Of a stretch of DNA of 64,000 bases, positions 12,322 through 24,810 are shown piece by piece; the stretch's first letter is position 1; the number at the start of each line of letters is the position of its first letter. Source of the DNA: Pristiophorus japonicus (taxonomy: Eukaryota); assembly GCF_044704955.1 (NCBI RefSeq), contig NC_091984.1:105710001-105774000 (forward strand). The letters are read 5' to 3'. The translations under genes and the position numbers were made by a program. The notes beneath the pieces are model-generated. The model had not been told where the DNA came from. It did not search any database and was given only the letters and a program-made list of their open reading frames with translations.

Positions 12322-13164
12322 TTATCCTTGGATCTCTAGTCCATTTAGTTGAGGCACCGAGGGATCCACTCAGATACAAGCACATTGCTGCTGCTCCCAC
12401 CACTGCTTCCAAAAGTAGCTGAAAACTTCTCCAATCTCTCAGATGTACATATTCAGTAGATGACCCATACCAGACAGGTCCAAAGTTTGCTCACTAACCT
12501 GTGCTAAGTTACATGAGTCAAAACAGCAGATGGGGCTTTACAAGTGGGTATAGCATCCATGGGTTAAGATGGGAAAATCGGAAAGTGGGCTTACTTTTGA
12601 TGCTCGCCAAGGTCAAAAAGCCTGCCGATGCTCATTGTCAAGATTTACACATGAATAATAACCACATTGGTGAGGTGCCAGAAGCAAGGGAATCAAGGGA
12701 TATGGGGATAGTGCAGGAAAGTGGAGTTGAGGTAGAAGATCAGCCATGATCTTACTGAATGGCAGAGCGGGCTCGACAGACCGAATGGCCTACTTCTGCT
12801 CCTATTTCTTATGTCACACAGTGTATCTAAAATCTTGCGTAAGGGAGGAGTTAACGTCCTCAGGACAGAAGAGGGGGATTAAATGCAAGGGATTTACAAG
12901 ACAGGAGAAAGTTCTTTACAGTGTTGTGAAGTTGTGGAATTCACCTCCAGGGTTAGTGGTTGAGGCAGAAACTAGATCAACATTCAAGAATAGATTGGAT
13001 AGTTGGACAAAGGGATATGGGAACAGGTGGGCAAATATGTCAAAATATTTGCTTGCATGGAACGTAAACTTCAACACAGACTAGTTGTGCCCAATGGCCT
13101 GTTTCAGTGCTGTAACTTGTTCGTATTTTATATATATATATCCTCAGCAAAGAGAGAGAATAGT

Positions 13165-14310
13165 TGTCAGCTGTGGCTCAGTTGGTAGCACACTCGCCTC
13201 AGAGTCAGTAGGTTCTGGGTTCAAGGCCAAGAACTTAAGCAGATAATCTACGCTGACAGTTCAGTGCAGTACTGAGGGAACTCTGCACTCTTCTGGATGA
13301 AACGTTAAACCAAGGCCCCACCCTGCCCTCAGATGGATGTAAAAGATCCCATCACATGATTTTGAAGAGCAGTGGAGTTCTCCTCGGAGTCCTGGCTAAT
13401 ATTTATCCCTCGACCAATATCACAAACAGATTACCTGTTCATTGCCTTATTGCTGATTGTGGGACCTTGCTGTCTACAAATTGGTTGCCACATTTCTTAC
13501 ATTACAACAGTGACTAAACTTCAAAAATACTTCATTGGCTGCATAACGAAGACTGCCTATTTCCACCTCCGTAACATTGCCCATCTCCGCCCTTGCCTCA
13601 GCTCATCCGCTGCTGAAACCCTCATCCATGCCTTGGTTACCTCGAGGCATGACTATTCCAACGCACTCCTGGCTGGCCTCCCACATTCTACCCTACGTAA
13701 ACTAGAGGTGATCCAAAACTCGACTGCCCGTGTCCCAACTCGTACCTAGTCCCGCTCACCCATCATCCCAGTGCTTGTTGACCTACATTGGCTTCCAGTT
13801 AAGCAACGCCTCGATTTCAAAACTCTCATCCTTATTTTTAAATCCCTCCCATGGCCTCGCCCCTCCCTGTCTCTAATCTCCTACAGCCCCACAACCCAAC
13901 ACGACAACCTCTTCCCCCTGTAATCTCCTCCAGCCCCACAACCTTTCTTCCCCCCCACCTCCGCCCCCAAGATGTCTGCGCTCTAATTCTGCCCTCTTGA
14001 GCATCCCTGCTTGTAATCGCTCAACCACTGGTGGTTGTGTCTTCTGTTGCCTAGGCCCCAAGCTTTGGAACACCCTGCCTAAACCTCTCCTTCCTCTCTT
14101 TCCTCCTTCAAAACGCTTCTTAAAACCTACCTCTTTGACCAAGCTTTTGGTCACCTGTGCTAATTTCTACTTATGCAGCTTGGTGTCAAATATTTTAGCG
14201 TCTTGAGACATTTCACAACATTAAAAGATGCTACTTAAATGGAAGTTGTTGTTGTAAAGTGCTTTGGGACATCCTGAGGTCGTGAAAGGTGCTATATAAA
14301 TGCAAGTCTT
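13165..14310 (+). mobile_element. tRNA-head SINE (DeuSINE/SacSINE1-like) split by an L2 3' fragment at about 13543-14250
   Basis: A-box TGGCTCAGTTGG and B-box GGTTCAAG. The SINE body resumes after the L2 fragment and ends TATATAAATGCAAGTCTTT. Confidence 0.75.
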
Positions 14311-14925
14311 TTCCCCCACAAACTAAAATGCAAAGAAAGATGGCAGCCCGGAGCACTGGCGCACTCCCCTTTAAGGAGCACCCCGGGAGCGGATGTCGGC
14401 CAGCTTCGCGAAGTGCCAGCCTCTGGAAAACTGATCTTATGTGGCTACTAATTGATTAGATTTCTGCCCTTCTATTGAGACAATAAATCAAGGCCCCAGC
14501 TGCCATTTAGATGTATGTAAAAGATCCCAAGAAAGAGTATGGAACTCTCGGTGTCCTGGACAACATTCATCCCTCAACCAAAACAGATTAGATGGTTGTT
14601 TATCTCATTTACTGTTTGTGGGACCTTGCTTTTCACAAATTGGTTGCCGTGATTACCTACAAAAAAATGATTATTTCAAAAGTAATTAATTTGTTATAAA
14701 AGGCTTTAGGACATTCAATGACATTTAAACACTATATAAATGCAAGCTTTTGCACATCTGCCAATGATCTCACAAACAAAAAACAATACTAGAATCAAGT
14801 CAAATATTACATTCTGTAATCATTGGCACACTAACTGGTCATTCAGCTGTCAAGGTGTAAATACTGTGGTGTGGAAGCAAGTTATCCTTGTTCGAGGGAC
14901 CGCCTATGATGATGATGACTGTGTA

Positions 14926-15869
14926 GGACATAGTCGACGTATTTACTGAGGTGTACGAAAGCATGGGCCTTACGCTAAACATCCATAAGACAAAGGTCCT
15001 CCACCAGCCTGTCCTCACCACACAGCACTGCCCCCCCAGTCATCAAGATCCACGGCGTGGCTCTGGACACCGTGGACCACTTCCCATATCTCAGGAGCCT
15101 CCTATCAACAAGAGCAGGCATCGACGAGATCCAACACTGCCTCCAGTGCAGACTTCGGTTGTTTGAGGAAATGAGTGTTTGAAGACCAGACCCTCCAAAC
15201 TGCCACCAAGCTCATGGTCTACAGGGCTGTAGTAATACCCGCCCTCCTGTATGGCTCAGAGACATGGACCATGTACAGTAGACACCTCAAGTTGCTGGAG
15301 AAATATCACCAAAGATGTCACCGCAAGATCCTACAAATCTCCTGGGAGGATAGGCGCACCAACATCAGCGTGCTCACTCAGGCTAACGTCCCCAGCATTG
15401 AAGCACTGACCAGCTCGATCAGCTCCGCTGGGCAGGCCACATAGTCCGCATGCCAGACACGAGACTCCCAAAGCAGGTGCTCTACTCGGAGCTCCTTCAT
15501 GGCAAACGAGCCAAAGGTGGGTAGCGGAAACGCTACAAGGACACCCTCAAAGCCTCCCTGATAAAGTGCAACATTCCCACTGACACCTGGGAGTCCCTGG
15601 CCCCAAGACCGCCCTAAGTGGAGGAAGTGCATTTGAGAGGGCACTGAGCACCTCGAGTCTCAACACCGAGAGCATGCAGAAATCAAGCGCAGACAGCGGA
15701 AAGAGCGTGCGGCAAACCAGTCCCACCCACCCCTTCCCTTAACGACGATCTGTCCCACCTGTGACAGAGTCTGTCGCTCTCGTATTGGACTGTTCAGCCA
15801 CCAAAGAACTCACTTCAGGAGTGGAAGCAAGTCTTCCTCGATTCCAAGGGACCGCCTATGATGATGATG
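14926..15869 (+). mobile_element. 5'-truncated RTE-clade LINE
   Basis: ORF C-terminus (KLMVYRAVVIPALLYGSETW, terminal C2H2-like motif) and a (GAT)n tail. Confidence 0.9.
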
Positions 15870-16259
15870 ACTGTGTAACATATTGTGCCTCAAAGTAGCC
15901 CGAGCCAGCAACAGAGGAACCAACCTATTAGAGAATCGACAGCACAGAGAGACACCATTCAGCCCAACCATTCTATGTCAATGTTTACCACCCGAGCCTC
16001 CTACCACTCTAATCCCACCCTGCCCCCGTAGCCCCTTCTCCCTCATCTGTGCATCAAGCCTCCCTTTACATGGGTGCAGAGTTACACAGAGGAGAGCAGT
16101 GCCCGGGCCGGCTTGTTGGTGCTCGTTAACTCCAGCCACCGGTCTGTGGATGTTCATTCCTGGCTGTGGGAGAAGTGCGGCGGGGCCGTGGCGTTTTCTC
16201 CCACTTCCTCCTAGGAAGCGCGACGTGGCAGTGCAGCGGGGCTGGGCCCTTGGGCTCAC

Positions 16260-16361
16260 CTGTTGCTCCAGATCCCGTACAGCAGCTCCACGAAAGCGAA
16301 GGAGAGGTTCAGCAGCAGAAAGAAGAAGAGGTTCCGGGATGTGGAGTCCGACAGGATGGAC
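16260..16361 (-). CDS. SLC30A7: SLC30A7 coding exon 2
   Basis: 102 bp with cccag/gtgagc boundaries; encodes (R)SILSDSTSRNLFFFLLLNLSFAFVELLYGIWSN(S). Confidence 0.96.
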
Positions 16362-16568
16362 CTGGGAAGAGGAAGAGCAAGGGAGAAATCAGCGGGAGAG
16401 ACACAGACCGCCCATCGGCCCTACACCCAGTCCCACACTCCAGCCAGCCCCGAGCCCCGGGCCCCGGGCTCGGCGAGACGAGACGACAACGGCAGGGCCC
16501 GCAGCCGGAGCCGGCCACACTCCCGCTGCCCAGCGGCCCTCTCCGACCTCCCACGTCCCGGCTCCTAC

Positions 16569-16648
16569 CTGAACCAGCCCGACACCTTGCGCAGCAGATT
16601 GAGTCGGGGCGGCTTGTACTCATCGTCCTTTATGGAGAGAGGCAACAT
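16569..16648 (-). CDS. SLC30A7: SLC30A7 coding exon 1 (start codon)
   Basis: CACCATG context; MLPLSIKDDEYKPPRLNLLRKVSGWF(R) matches the known ZnT7 N-terminus; 80 bp; donor GTAGGA. Confidence 0.97.
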
Positions 16649-17409
16649 GGTGACTCCAGGCCGCGGCCGCCGCTCCACGGCAACTGCACTGACTCACGAC
16701 TCGCTTGCAGCAACTTCCGACCGCCGCGGCCGTACGGCGCGCAACGCGCAAGCGCCGTGCCGTACAGTAAACAGACACTGCTGTTTTCCGTTTCATTGAC
16801 ACTTCCAATTCACCAGTCTGCTCCTCACTCGATGTATGTAGTTACAGTGGGAATGCATAACGTAAGCTGCAGCTGTACACAATATTCTATCAGTTGCACT
16901 CTTGGAAATAAAACACATAAATGGACTTTGACACTGGTGAATTTAGAAATCTTTGAAGAGCAACATTTATTTCCTAAGGGTAAAGGTGTGGTATGCCTCC
17001 CCAGAATACTGATTTTTGACATGTTTTGGTTTATTTTCCGCCATTTTGAAATGTACAGTTATGCAGCAATTGAAGCCAATGATAATTTATTTTGGAATGG
17101 TTTTATATACACAATATTTAAATATTAAAGTTAAAGTAGTTGCTACAAGATACTATTCACTCTTCAGTTTTGCACTATCAGGAAGGAACATGCCAGGCCT
17201 ACATCTGCAATAGAAAAGGGTTCTGTTTCCTCCAGAATTGAGGGGGGAATCATGTGAAGAGGAGATAAGCGCTATAAATGGAAGTTCTTCCACCCTACTA
17301 TCAAAACAGGGTTGGTCCACAGCTAAAAATCACAATATATATGTTGTAATTATTATTATGTTGTTTTAATAATGGATTCCACTATAAGAAGTTTTCAAGT
17401 TGAGAGCTG

Positions 17410-17833
17410 AACTTATGACAGGTTACATAGATTAGGCATGTATTTCCTTGAATATAGATTAAAGGGTGATCTAATTAAGGTGTTTAAGATGATTAAACGT
17501 TGATAGGGTACGATAGAGAGAAAATATTTACTCTGGTGAGTCCAGAACAAGGGGGCTAACCTTAAAATTAGAGCTAGGCCGTTCAGGGGTGATGTCAGGA
17601 AACACTTCTTTACACACAGGGTAGTGGAAATCTGGAAGTCCCAAAAAGCGGCTGAGGCCAGGTCAATTGAAAATTTCAAAACTGAGATTGACAGATTTTT
17701 GTTAGGCAAGGATATTAAGGGTTACAGAACCAAGGCAAGTAGATGGAATTAAGATACAGATCAGCCATGATCTAATTGAATGGCAAAACAGGCTTGATGG
17801 GCTGAATGGCCTACTCCTGTTCCTATGTTCCTT
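17410..17833 (+). mobile_element. CR1 LINE 3' fragment
   Basis: ORF2 end plus 3'UTR GATCAGCCATGATC...GGCCTACTCCTGTTCCTATGTTC. Confidence 0.85.
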
Positions 17834-17834
17834 A

Positions 17835-18100
17835 TACAACCGAGTGGCTTGCTAGGCCACTTTAGAGGGCAGTCAAGAATCAGCCACATTGGAGTCACAT
17901 ATAGTCCAGACTTGGTAAGGACGGCAGGTTTCCATCCCTAAAGCATATTAGTGAACTAGTTGGTTTTTTACAGCAATCCAACAGCTTTATGGACACTTTT
18001 ACTGATACCAGCTTTTTATTCCTGACTTTTTAAACTGAATTCAAATTCTCAAACTGCCATGGTGGAATTTGAACTCCCAATCTATACATTATTAGTCTAG
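17835..18100 (-). mobile_element. tRNA-derived SINE
   Basis: B-box-like GAGTTCAAATTCC on the minus strand, with a body resembling a common shark SINE (recalled, not searched). Confidence 0.55.
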
Positions 18101-18349
18101 TAACTTCCTGTGTTTTACTCATAGGTAACATCAGTGTTTCTAATACTACTTGAGAAAGCTAACATTTACAGCACAGAAAGCAAAACAGACAAGCCAATAA
18201 AATAAGAGGCAATAAAACAGAATGCATTCATGATCAGAGCTAGAGTACAGGATATGGGGAGAGAAGAGTATCCCTTCAGAGGGGGTTCTGGGCCAGTATC
18301 ATTTAATATATTTTCTAAAATTGAATGCATCCATTCTATATTTGCTAAG

Positions 18350-18650
18350 AACAGGTTTTGTGAAAAGGACAGCAGTTAGTTGGATATTACAGAGGCAGGG
18401 GGTTTGGGCAAGGTGGTGGGGAGGGAGAGTTGGGTGTCATTAGTCAATATCACTGAGGGGCGGACACATGTAGATGAAGAAGAGAAGGGGACCAAGGATA
18501 GTTTCTTGGAGGGCTCCAATGGAGCAGGGTGTGGTAAGAGGAACCGTTGCTGGAGATGCTCTAACTATGATCGGAAAGGTAAGAAAGGAACCAAGCAAGA
18601 GCAGTCCCAGAGAGCTGGACAACAGAGGAGACGTGTTGGAGGACACTAGC
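18350..18650 (-). mobile_element. Old L2 LINE RT fragment
   Basis: Translation GALQETILGPLLFFIYMCPPLSDI resembles the L2 motif GVPQGSILGPLLF. Confidence 0.6.
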
Positions 18651-19194
18651 ATAATCGGCCATTTCCAATGAGCAAGCAGGAAAAGCACCACAGGTGCAAC
18701 CACAGAGGATAGTGTTAATGGTTTTGGTTAGGTTCATTTTGCTTGGGCCAATGTTACTGGGACAAATATCTCTACAAGTCCTCCCCTTGCAAAACTAACA
18801 TATTAACTAAGAGTAAAAAATGGGTAGTTTTAGGCACCAAGTATAATTTCCCATTCCTTGTGAGGTTTGTTGCCTGCCTTTTCTAAAATAACCAAGAAGG
18901 CGACACTGGATTGCCTCAGTGTCATCAACCAAAGAGTAGACAAAGTTGACCCCTTTTTAGAGGGGAACAACTTAACCATAAAAAAGGAAACTTCTAAACT
19001 TAAATAATATTGTTATTGGTGTCCACTATATACTCCAGTGGGGTGTGTTGTCTGTGAACTGGATATAAAAAGAAAGATTTGCATAAAGTGTGAAATTGTA
19101 ATTTATTTATTTTTTTGCTTTCTATTTTCTTACAAGTATAGTAATAAACCTGACATGGGAATTAAAGGATGAGCTGGAATGCTGGCCCTGGAGC

Positions 19195-19625
19195 TTGTGG
19201 CGCATGCGTGCTCAGGTGAGAGGCACAGAACCGTGTCGGGTCTGGTTTGGGTGTAGAGCCGCGGCCGCTGCGTCATGAGGTGGGTGCTGGCGATTGCAGG
19301 CAGTCGCTGAGCAACGATTGCAAATATTGCGGCGGGTTTGTGAGGGTGAAGCGCGGGCGCAGACTTGCAGCTGCAAACAACAGCCACCCCCCTCTCCTCC
19401 TCCTGGCTGAGGAACCTGCTGCCGTTCCCGAGGATCGAAGAAGCGGGTATCACGGACGCGGGCCCCGATGATGAGGCCTGGATGCAAAAGCTGCTGGGCG
19501 GTTGGTGAGCGGGTACCGCGGCTCCGGAGCGCTTGTCCTGGGGGCTGTGACGGACGGTTGCTGCGGCACACCCTTCTCGCCAATGAATGGGCCCGCTCGC
19601 CCTGTCTGTGCAGGGTACTCGTCCC
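19195..19625. promoter_or_regulatory. CpG island and promoter of EXTL2, with an NRF1-like GCGCATGCG at 19200-19208
   Basis: CpG-rich stretch around the inferred first coding exon. Confidence 0.7.
19275..19279 (+). CDS. EXTL2: EXTL2 first coding exon (ATG AG)
   Basis: GTCATGAG|GTGGGT inside the CpG island. The phase-2 junction fits the acceptor at 23210 and gives an MR start, as in mammalian EXTL2. Confidence 0.72.
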
Positions 19626-19732
19626 TCACATCCACACATTGCAAGCAATAAGTTTTTATTTTCCTTTCTACCTGCACGTGACCTACTTCTTTCACATGCT
19701 TTTGGGTTCTTTTGTTGTAAATGAATGGTTGC

Positions 19733-20584
19733 CCCACCACACAGCCCCTCATCAAAATCCACGTCGCGGCCCTGGACAACGTGGACCATTTCCCATACCT
19801 CGTGAGCCTATGATCAGCAAGGGCAGACATCGATGATGAGGTTCAACACCGCCTCCAGTGCGCCAGCGCAGTCTTCGGTCGCTTGACGCCTGAGGAAGAG
19901 GGTGTTTGAAGAGCAGGCCCTCAAATGTGGCACCAAGCTATTGGTCCACAGGGCTGTAGTGATGCCCACCCTCCTGTATGGCTGAGACGTGGACCATATA
20001 CAGTAGACACCTCAAATCACTGGAGAAATACCTCCAAAGATGTCTCCGCAAGATCCTGCAAATTCCCTGGGAGGATAGGCGCACCAACATCAGTGTTCTC
20101 GATCAGAATAACATCCCCAGCATCGAAGCACTGACCACACTCGACCAGCTCTGTTGGGCGGGCCACATCGTCCGCATGCCTGACACGAGACTCCCAAAGC
20201 AAGCGTTCTACTCGGATCTCCTACACGGTAAGTGGTCCCCAGGTGGGCAGAGGAAATGTTTCAAAGACACCCTCAAAGCCTCCTTTATAAAGTGCAACAT
20301 CCCAATCAACACCTGGGAATCCCTTGCCAAAGACTGCCCAAAGTGGAGGGAGAGCCCTGGGAGGGCGCTAAGCACCTCTAGTCTCGTCGCCGAGAGCATG
20401 CAGAAACCAAGCGGAAGGAGCGTGTGGCAAACCAGATTCCCTACCCGCCCTTTCCTTCAACGACTGTCTGTCCCACCTGTGACAGATACTGTAATTCCCA
20501 TATTTGACTGTATGGTCACCTGCGAATTCACTTTTAGAGTGGAAGCAAGTCTTTGATTTCGAGGGACTGCCTATGATGATGATG
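19733..20584 (+). mobile_element. 5'-truncated RTE LINE
   Basis: ORF fragment AETWTIYSRHLKSLEKY...WAGHIVRMPDTRLPKQ and a (GAT)n tail. Confidence 0.9.
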
Positions 20585-21042
20585 GGTAAATGTAGTTCTA
20601 CTAAAATTACTGCAAGCGGCTAAAACACTCATTGTAGCCCTGCAATCAATGACTTGTCAGTGATTTCTGATGGACAACATTGTTATACAGTGACTCCTGC
20701 TGGAAAGCATGTATGGATATCAGGTGATTGGGTTTGGTTGTGATATCCCTTACAAACTGAAAATGCTGGAAATATTCAGCAGGTCAGGCAGCATCTGTGG
20801 AGAGAAAAAGTTAATGTTTCAGGTCAATGACTTTCCATCAGAACAACCCTTACAAACAGCCTGCCAACAGTTGCTGTCTGGCTCATGGTTGAAGAGTGGA
20901 AACTTGGATGAGCTGCTTCATGACCATTAATGCATGTGAAATTGTACTCCAACATAACCTGGGGAAAGCAGGGGAGAAAAAATAATTGACAGGTCGAGTT
21001 TGGTAAAGGTGGCAATGCAAGGGTGAAGCCACCGGTATAGTG

Positions 21043-21897
21043 TCATCATCATCATAGGCAATCCAATACGGGAATTACAGTCTCTGTCACAGGTGGGACA
21101 GAAAGAAAAGGGGGGTGGGACTGGTTTGCCTCATGCTCTTTCCACTGCCTGCGCTCGTTTTCTGCATGCTCTCTTGCTCAGCGCCCTCCTGGATGTACTT
21201 CCGCCACTTAGGGCTGTCTTTGGCCAGGGACTCCCAGGTGTCGGTGGGGTTGTTGCATTTTATCAAAGAGGCTTTGAGGGTGTCCTTGAAACGTTTCCTC
21301 TGCCCATCTGGGGCTCGCTTGCCATGTAGGAGTTCTGAGTAGAGCGCTTGCTTTGGGAATCTTATCAGGCATGCGAACAATGTGGCCCACCCAATGGAGC
21401 TGGTCGCGTGTGGTCAGTGCGTCGATGTTGGCCTGATCGAGAACACAGATGTTGGTGTGTCTGTCCTCCCAGGGGATTTGCAGGATCTTGCGGAGACATC
21501 TTTGGAGGTATTTCTCCAACGATTTGAGGTGTCTACTGTATATGGTCCATGTCTCAGCCATACAGGAGGGCGGGTATCACTACAGCCCTGTAGATCATGA
21601 GGTTGGTGGCAGATTTGATGGCCTGATCTTCGAACACTCTCTTCCTCAGGCGGCCGAAGGCTGCGCTGGCGCACTGGAGGCGGTGTTGAACCTCGTCATC
21701 AATGTCTGCCGTTGCTGATCATAGGCTTCCGAGGTATGGAAAGTGGTCCATGTTGTCCAGGGTCGCGCCGTGGATCTTGATGACTGCGGGGGGGGGGGGG
21801 GGCAATGCTGTGTGGCGGGTTCAGGTTGGTGGAGGACCTTTGTCTTATGAATATTTAGTGTAAGGCCCATGCTTTCGTACGCCTCAGTGAAGATGTA
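21043..21897 (-). mobile_element. 5'-truncated RTE LINE, inverted relative to the 19733 copy
   Basis: Same family ORF on the minus strand; (CAT)n tail at 21043-21055. Confidence 0.9.
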
Positions 21898-23209
21898 GAG
21901 GGCCCTAGATGGCTTCTGTCCGGCAGTCTGTCTGTGAAGACTCATGAGAATTGACTTAACTAGAGCTTCAGTTGGGGTACTACAGCTGTCTTCAGTGATC
22001 CTGAGTTAGGGAATAGGAAAATTGGGCAGGTTTCTGATCATTATATTGTAGTCCCCAGCAAGAAAGGGCATGTGTGGACACTGAATAAGCACGTGATTGG
22101 GCCTGTCTGTAATGTCCTTCTCATCCCCTCCTCCCTGCCCCCGGACCTCCCTGCCGCCCCCCCGGCTCTCCTCACCCGGACCTCCCCGACCCCTGACCCA
22201 CCCCCCGTTGGAATGCTTTGAAGCTATTATCTAATTCATGTAGGAAACATGACTCCTTTTAGTGAGATAATGAGTATTAAAAGGAGATTTCAATGCAATT
22301 AATATCCTGATCAGATGATAAAGATCTCTTTTTACTCTGTAAATAAGTGATGTGATGTAATTGTTTGGTGTCGTACCAAAGATGTAGCTATTTTTGACTC
22401 CTTTACCACTAGCATGGCCTGGTTCTGTGTGCAGTCCTGAGGAAAGGTAAGTTAGTAATTTGCCTGCCCTTGTCGTACTCTTGCATACATCACAAGGATG
22501 GAGGATGGTGATTGGTTCTTCCATATTAATTGAGTCACTGGACAGGGAATGAATCTTAAAGAAAGCTAATAACTGATTTAATTTGCTTCAATTGCTGATT
22601 TTCTAATTTTAACTTAATTTTATAATTATGGTATATAATTTTGTTTAATTATAATTAATCTTTATTATACTGACTTTACTATTGTATACTCCTTTTGTAT
22701 TATTTACATACTCATTATTATTTACAGTGTAATTTGAATTTTTTTTAGTTTTTTCGCCTGTGTCTATATCTGCATGCGCATTTTGGCTGCCGCTTCGGAC
22801 CTGTGCCTTTTAACCTCTTTTTACACTTCCTTCTCCCGCTTTTTCTCTCTTTCCTTCAATGGTCAATATCTAACGTGTTGTAAAATTGTTGTGAAGCGCC
22901 TTGGGATGTTTTACTACATTAAAGGCACTATATAAATAAAAGTTGTTATTCCTAAGTTCTCATCTTTGCTGACAGTGGGTAGATGGGGCTGAGATGTTTT
23001 TAAAAATAGATTTGTTGGGCTTAATGGCTTTTTTATATCTAATTAGTTATGTTGTCTTGTGTATCTCGTAGCAGAATTGTAGGAGATCTGGGAGTTTGTC
23101 TTTGATGCAGCAGATGGGTGGGTTGGGATCCTGCACAGAGTTTACCAGTCAATGAGAATGATATATTTTTTTAAATATTGTATTTAGAAGATATCTTTGA
23201 CATTCACAG

Positions 23210-23622
23210 ATTTACAAGGCGACTGTTTGGTGGTGGGACACTTCCTTCCTATTTAGTGATGGCTGTTCTAATTGTCTTTATTGTGGGAGCTGCTTTGACC
23301 GCGTTATTGCCCAAAGTTGTGGAAACTGGAGCTGCTGTTGTCCGTAGGGAGCAGGATGACCAGAAAACCGATGTTCAGAATTCCTTCACCATTATCATGC
23401 AGTCCTACAACAGGACAGACCTGCTTCTTAAACTGCTGAATCATTATCAGGCCATTCCAAATCTACACAAAATCATTGTAGTCTGGAATAGTGTTGGAAT
23501 AAAAGCACCAAAAGAATTGTGGGATTCACTTGGGCCACATCCCATCCCTGTTATTTTTAAGGAGCAAACTGTGAACAGAATGCGGAACCGACTGGAGCCA
23601 TTTCCTGAACTGGAAACCAAAG
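23210..23622 (+). CDS. EXTL2: EXTL2 coding exon 2 (TM anchor and GT64 N-terminal part)
   Basis: cacag/gtgaga boundaries, 413 bp; encodes ...VGAALTALLP...SFTIIMQSYNRTDLLLKLLNHYQAIPNLHKIIVVWN...NRMRNRL. Confidence 0.93.
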
Positions 23623-24362
23623 GTGAGAATTTGTGAAATATTCAACTTTTATTGTTGGTCTTAATTGGCTGAATATGGATTTTACCTAATTTTTTTTTTG
23701 TTCTCCTTGTACTGTGAAACAAAATTTGTTAAAAGTGTATGTCTATGTATCTGAACCTGCCCTTCTATAACTAATATTTTGCAATGGGCTCCCTTCCCTT
23801 TTTATTGTTCGAGGTGACTTGCTTCCTGTTTCTCAGTTATAATTTATACCTGGTTTTCATGGTCTGGTTATCAATGATTTTTGAGTAAATTTCAAATTTT
23901 AAGTTAGGAGAAGTAGTTTACAAAGTAGAGCTGTTTTTCTTTGAAGAACTGGATTCAAGACCACCTAATTTACATTTTCAAGATTATGATTGGAATTAGT
24001 AAAGTTAATGCAAGCAAATTCTTCAATATGGTGAAGGGTCCATATACAGTTAAGAATGAGGTAGTTAGGAGTAAGTTGGGCAGAAAACTTTCAACTAAGA
24101 GAGTTAGACTTGCGGAATAAGCTGTTGTCATATGAGACCATTAAAGTGGAAAGTATAAATGGATTCAAGAGACAATTTGATGCATTTTTGGAGAGAGAAT
24201 TGATGAGATATAGTAGCAAATGGTCTCCTGTACCTAAAATTCTTGCATTTTCGCCTTGATTTCTGTCTATCCTTGTGGGATATGTCTGTGAATTGTTTAA
24301 TATCTGTATATTAATATTTAAAGCAGCATGTTTGTTCATGTATTTCTTTCCCTTCTTTCCAG

Positions 24363-24433
24363 CTGTCTTGATGCTTGATGATGATATTTTAATTAGCGCC
24401 TATGACCTTGATTTTGCCTACTCTGTGTGGCAG
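24363..24433 (+). CDS. EXTL2: EXTL2 coding exon 3 (DxD motif)
   Basis: 71 bp with ttccag/gtatgc boundaries; encodes (A)VLMLDDDILISAYDLDFAYSVWQ. Confidence 0.95.
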
Positions 24434-24810
24434 GTATGCTTCTAAATATTTTCCTGACTGAGAGGGTAGCTATTGTTACAGGCAGCAGAGTGCACGAAGG
24501 AATAAAAGAACTCTTGTGTGTGGAACTGCAAGTTAATTTACCCAGGGATGGTGTAGATTATGTCATATTAAGTCAGTAAGTTAAGGCTTTGTGTTTTAAT
24601 TATCACTGTTTGTGCAATAGGTATGCTTTAAAATATTTTCCTGACTGGGTAGCTGATTGTGTTGAAAGGAAGTAGTTTTTTCCAACTCCTTTCACCTTTT
24701 ATATTGTATATTTTCTTTTTAAAAAAAAAACCTCACTTGCATGCAAATTGTGCGGAGCCTGTTCCCAGTTTGTGCTACTGTTTAGAAGTAGCTTTATGCA
24801 CAGATTAAGT

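Larger units (their letters stand above)
16090..16770. promoter_or_regulatory. CpG island and promoter of SLC30A7
   Basis: High GC and CpG density over exons 1-2 in an otherwise CpG-poor background. Confidence 0.8.

Noticed and set aside
13165-13235. tRNA genes
   Set aside because: The A/B-box segments here and at 35090-35145, 37560-37618 and 40805-40842 are SINE heads attached to SINE bodies, not complete cloverleafs.
16735-16901. Metal-response-element cores (TGCGCGC on the minus strand, TGCACTC) upstream of a zinc transporter
   Set aside because: 7-bp motifs are expected by chance in GC-rich DNA, and there is no supporting evidence in the sequence.
16166-17128. 320-aa plus-strand ORF, and overlapping 229-aa and 178-aa ORFs
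   Set aside because: Antisense shadow of SLC30A7 exons 1-2 in a GC-rich island; low-complexity translation with no recognisable domain.
19130-19789. 219-aa minus-strand ORF
   Set aside because: Stop-poor CpG island running into an RTE fragment; no protein features.
23178-23209. Using the ORF-track start (TTG at 23178) or the acceptors at 23188/23191 for EXTL2
   Set aside because: Only the acceptor at 23210 is in phase with the upstream ATG-AG exon.
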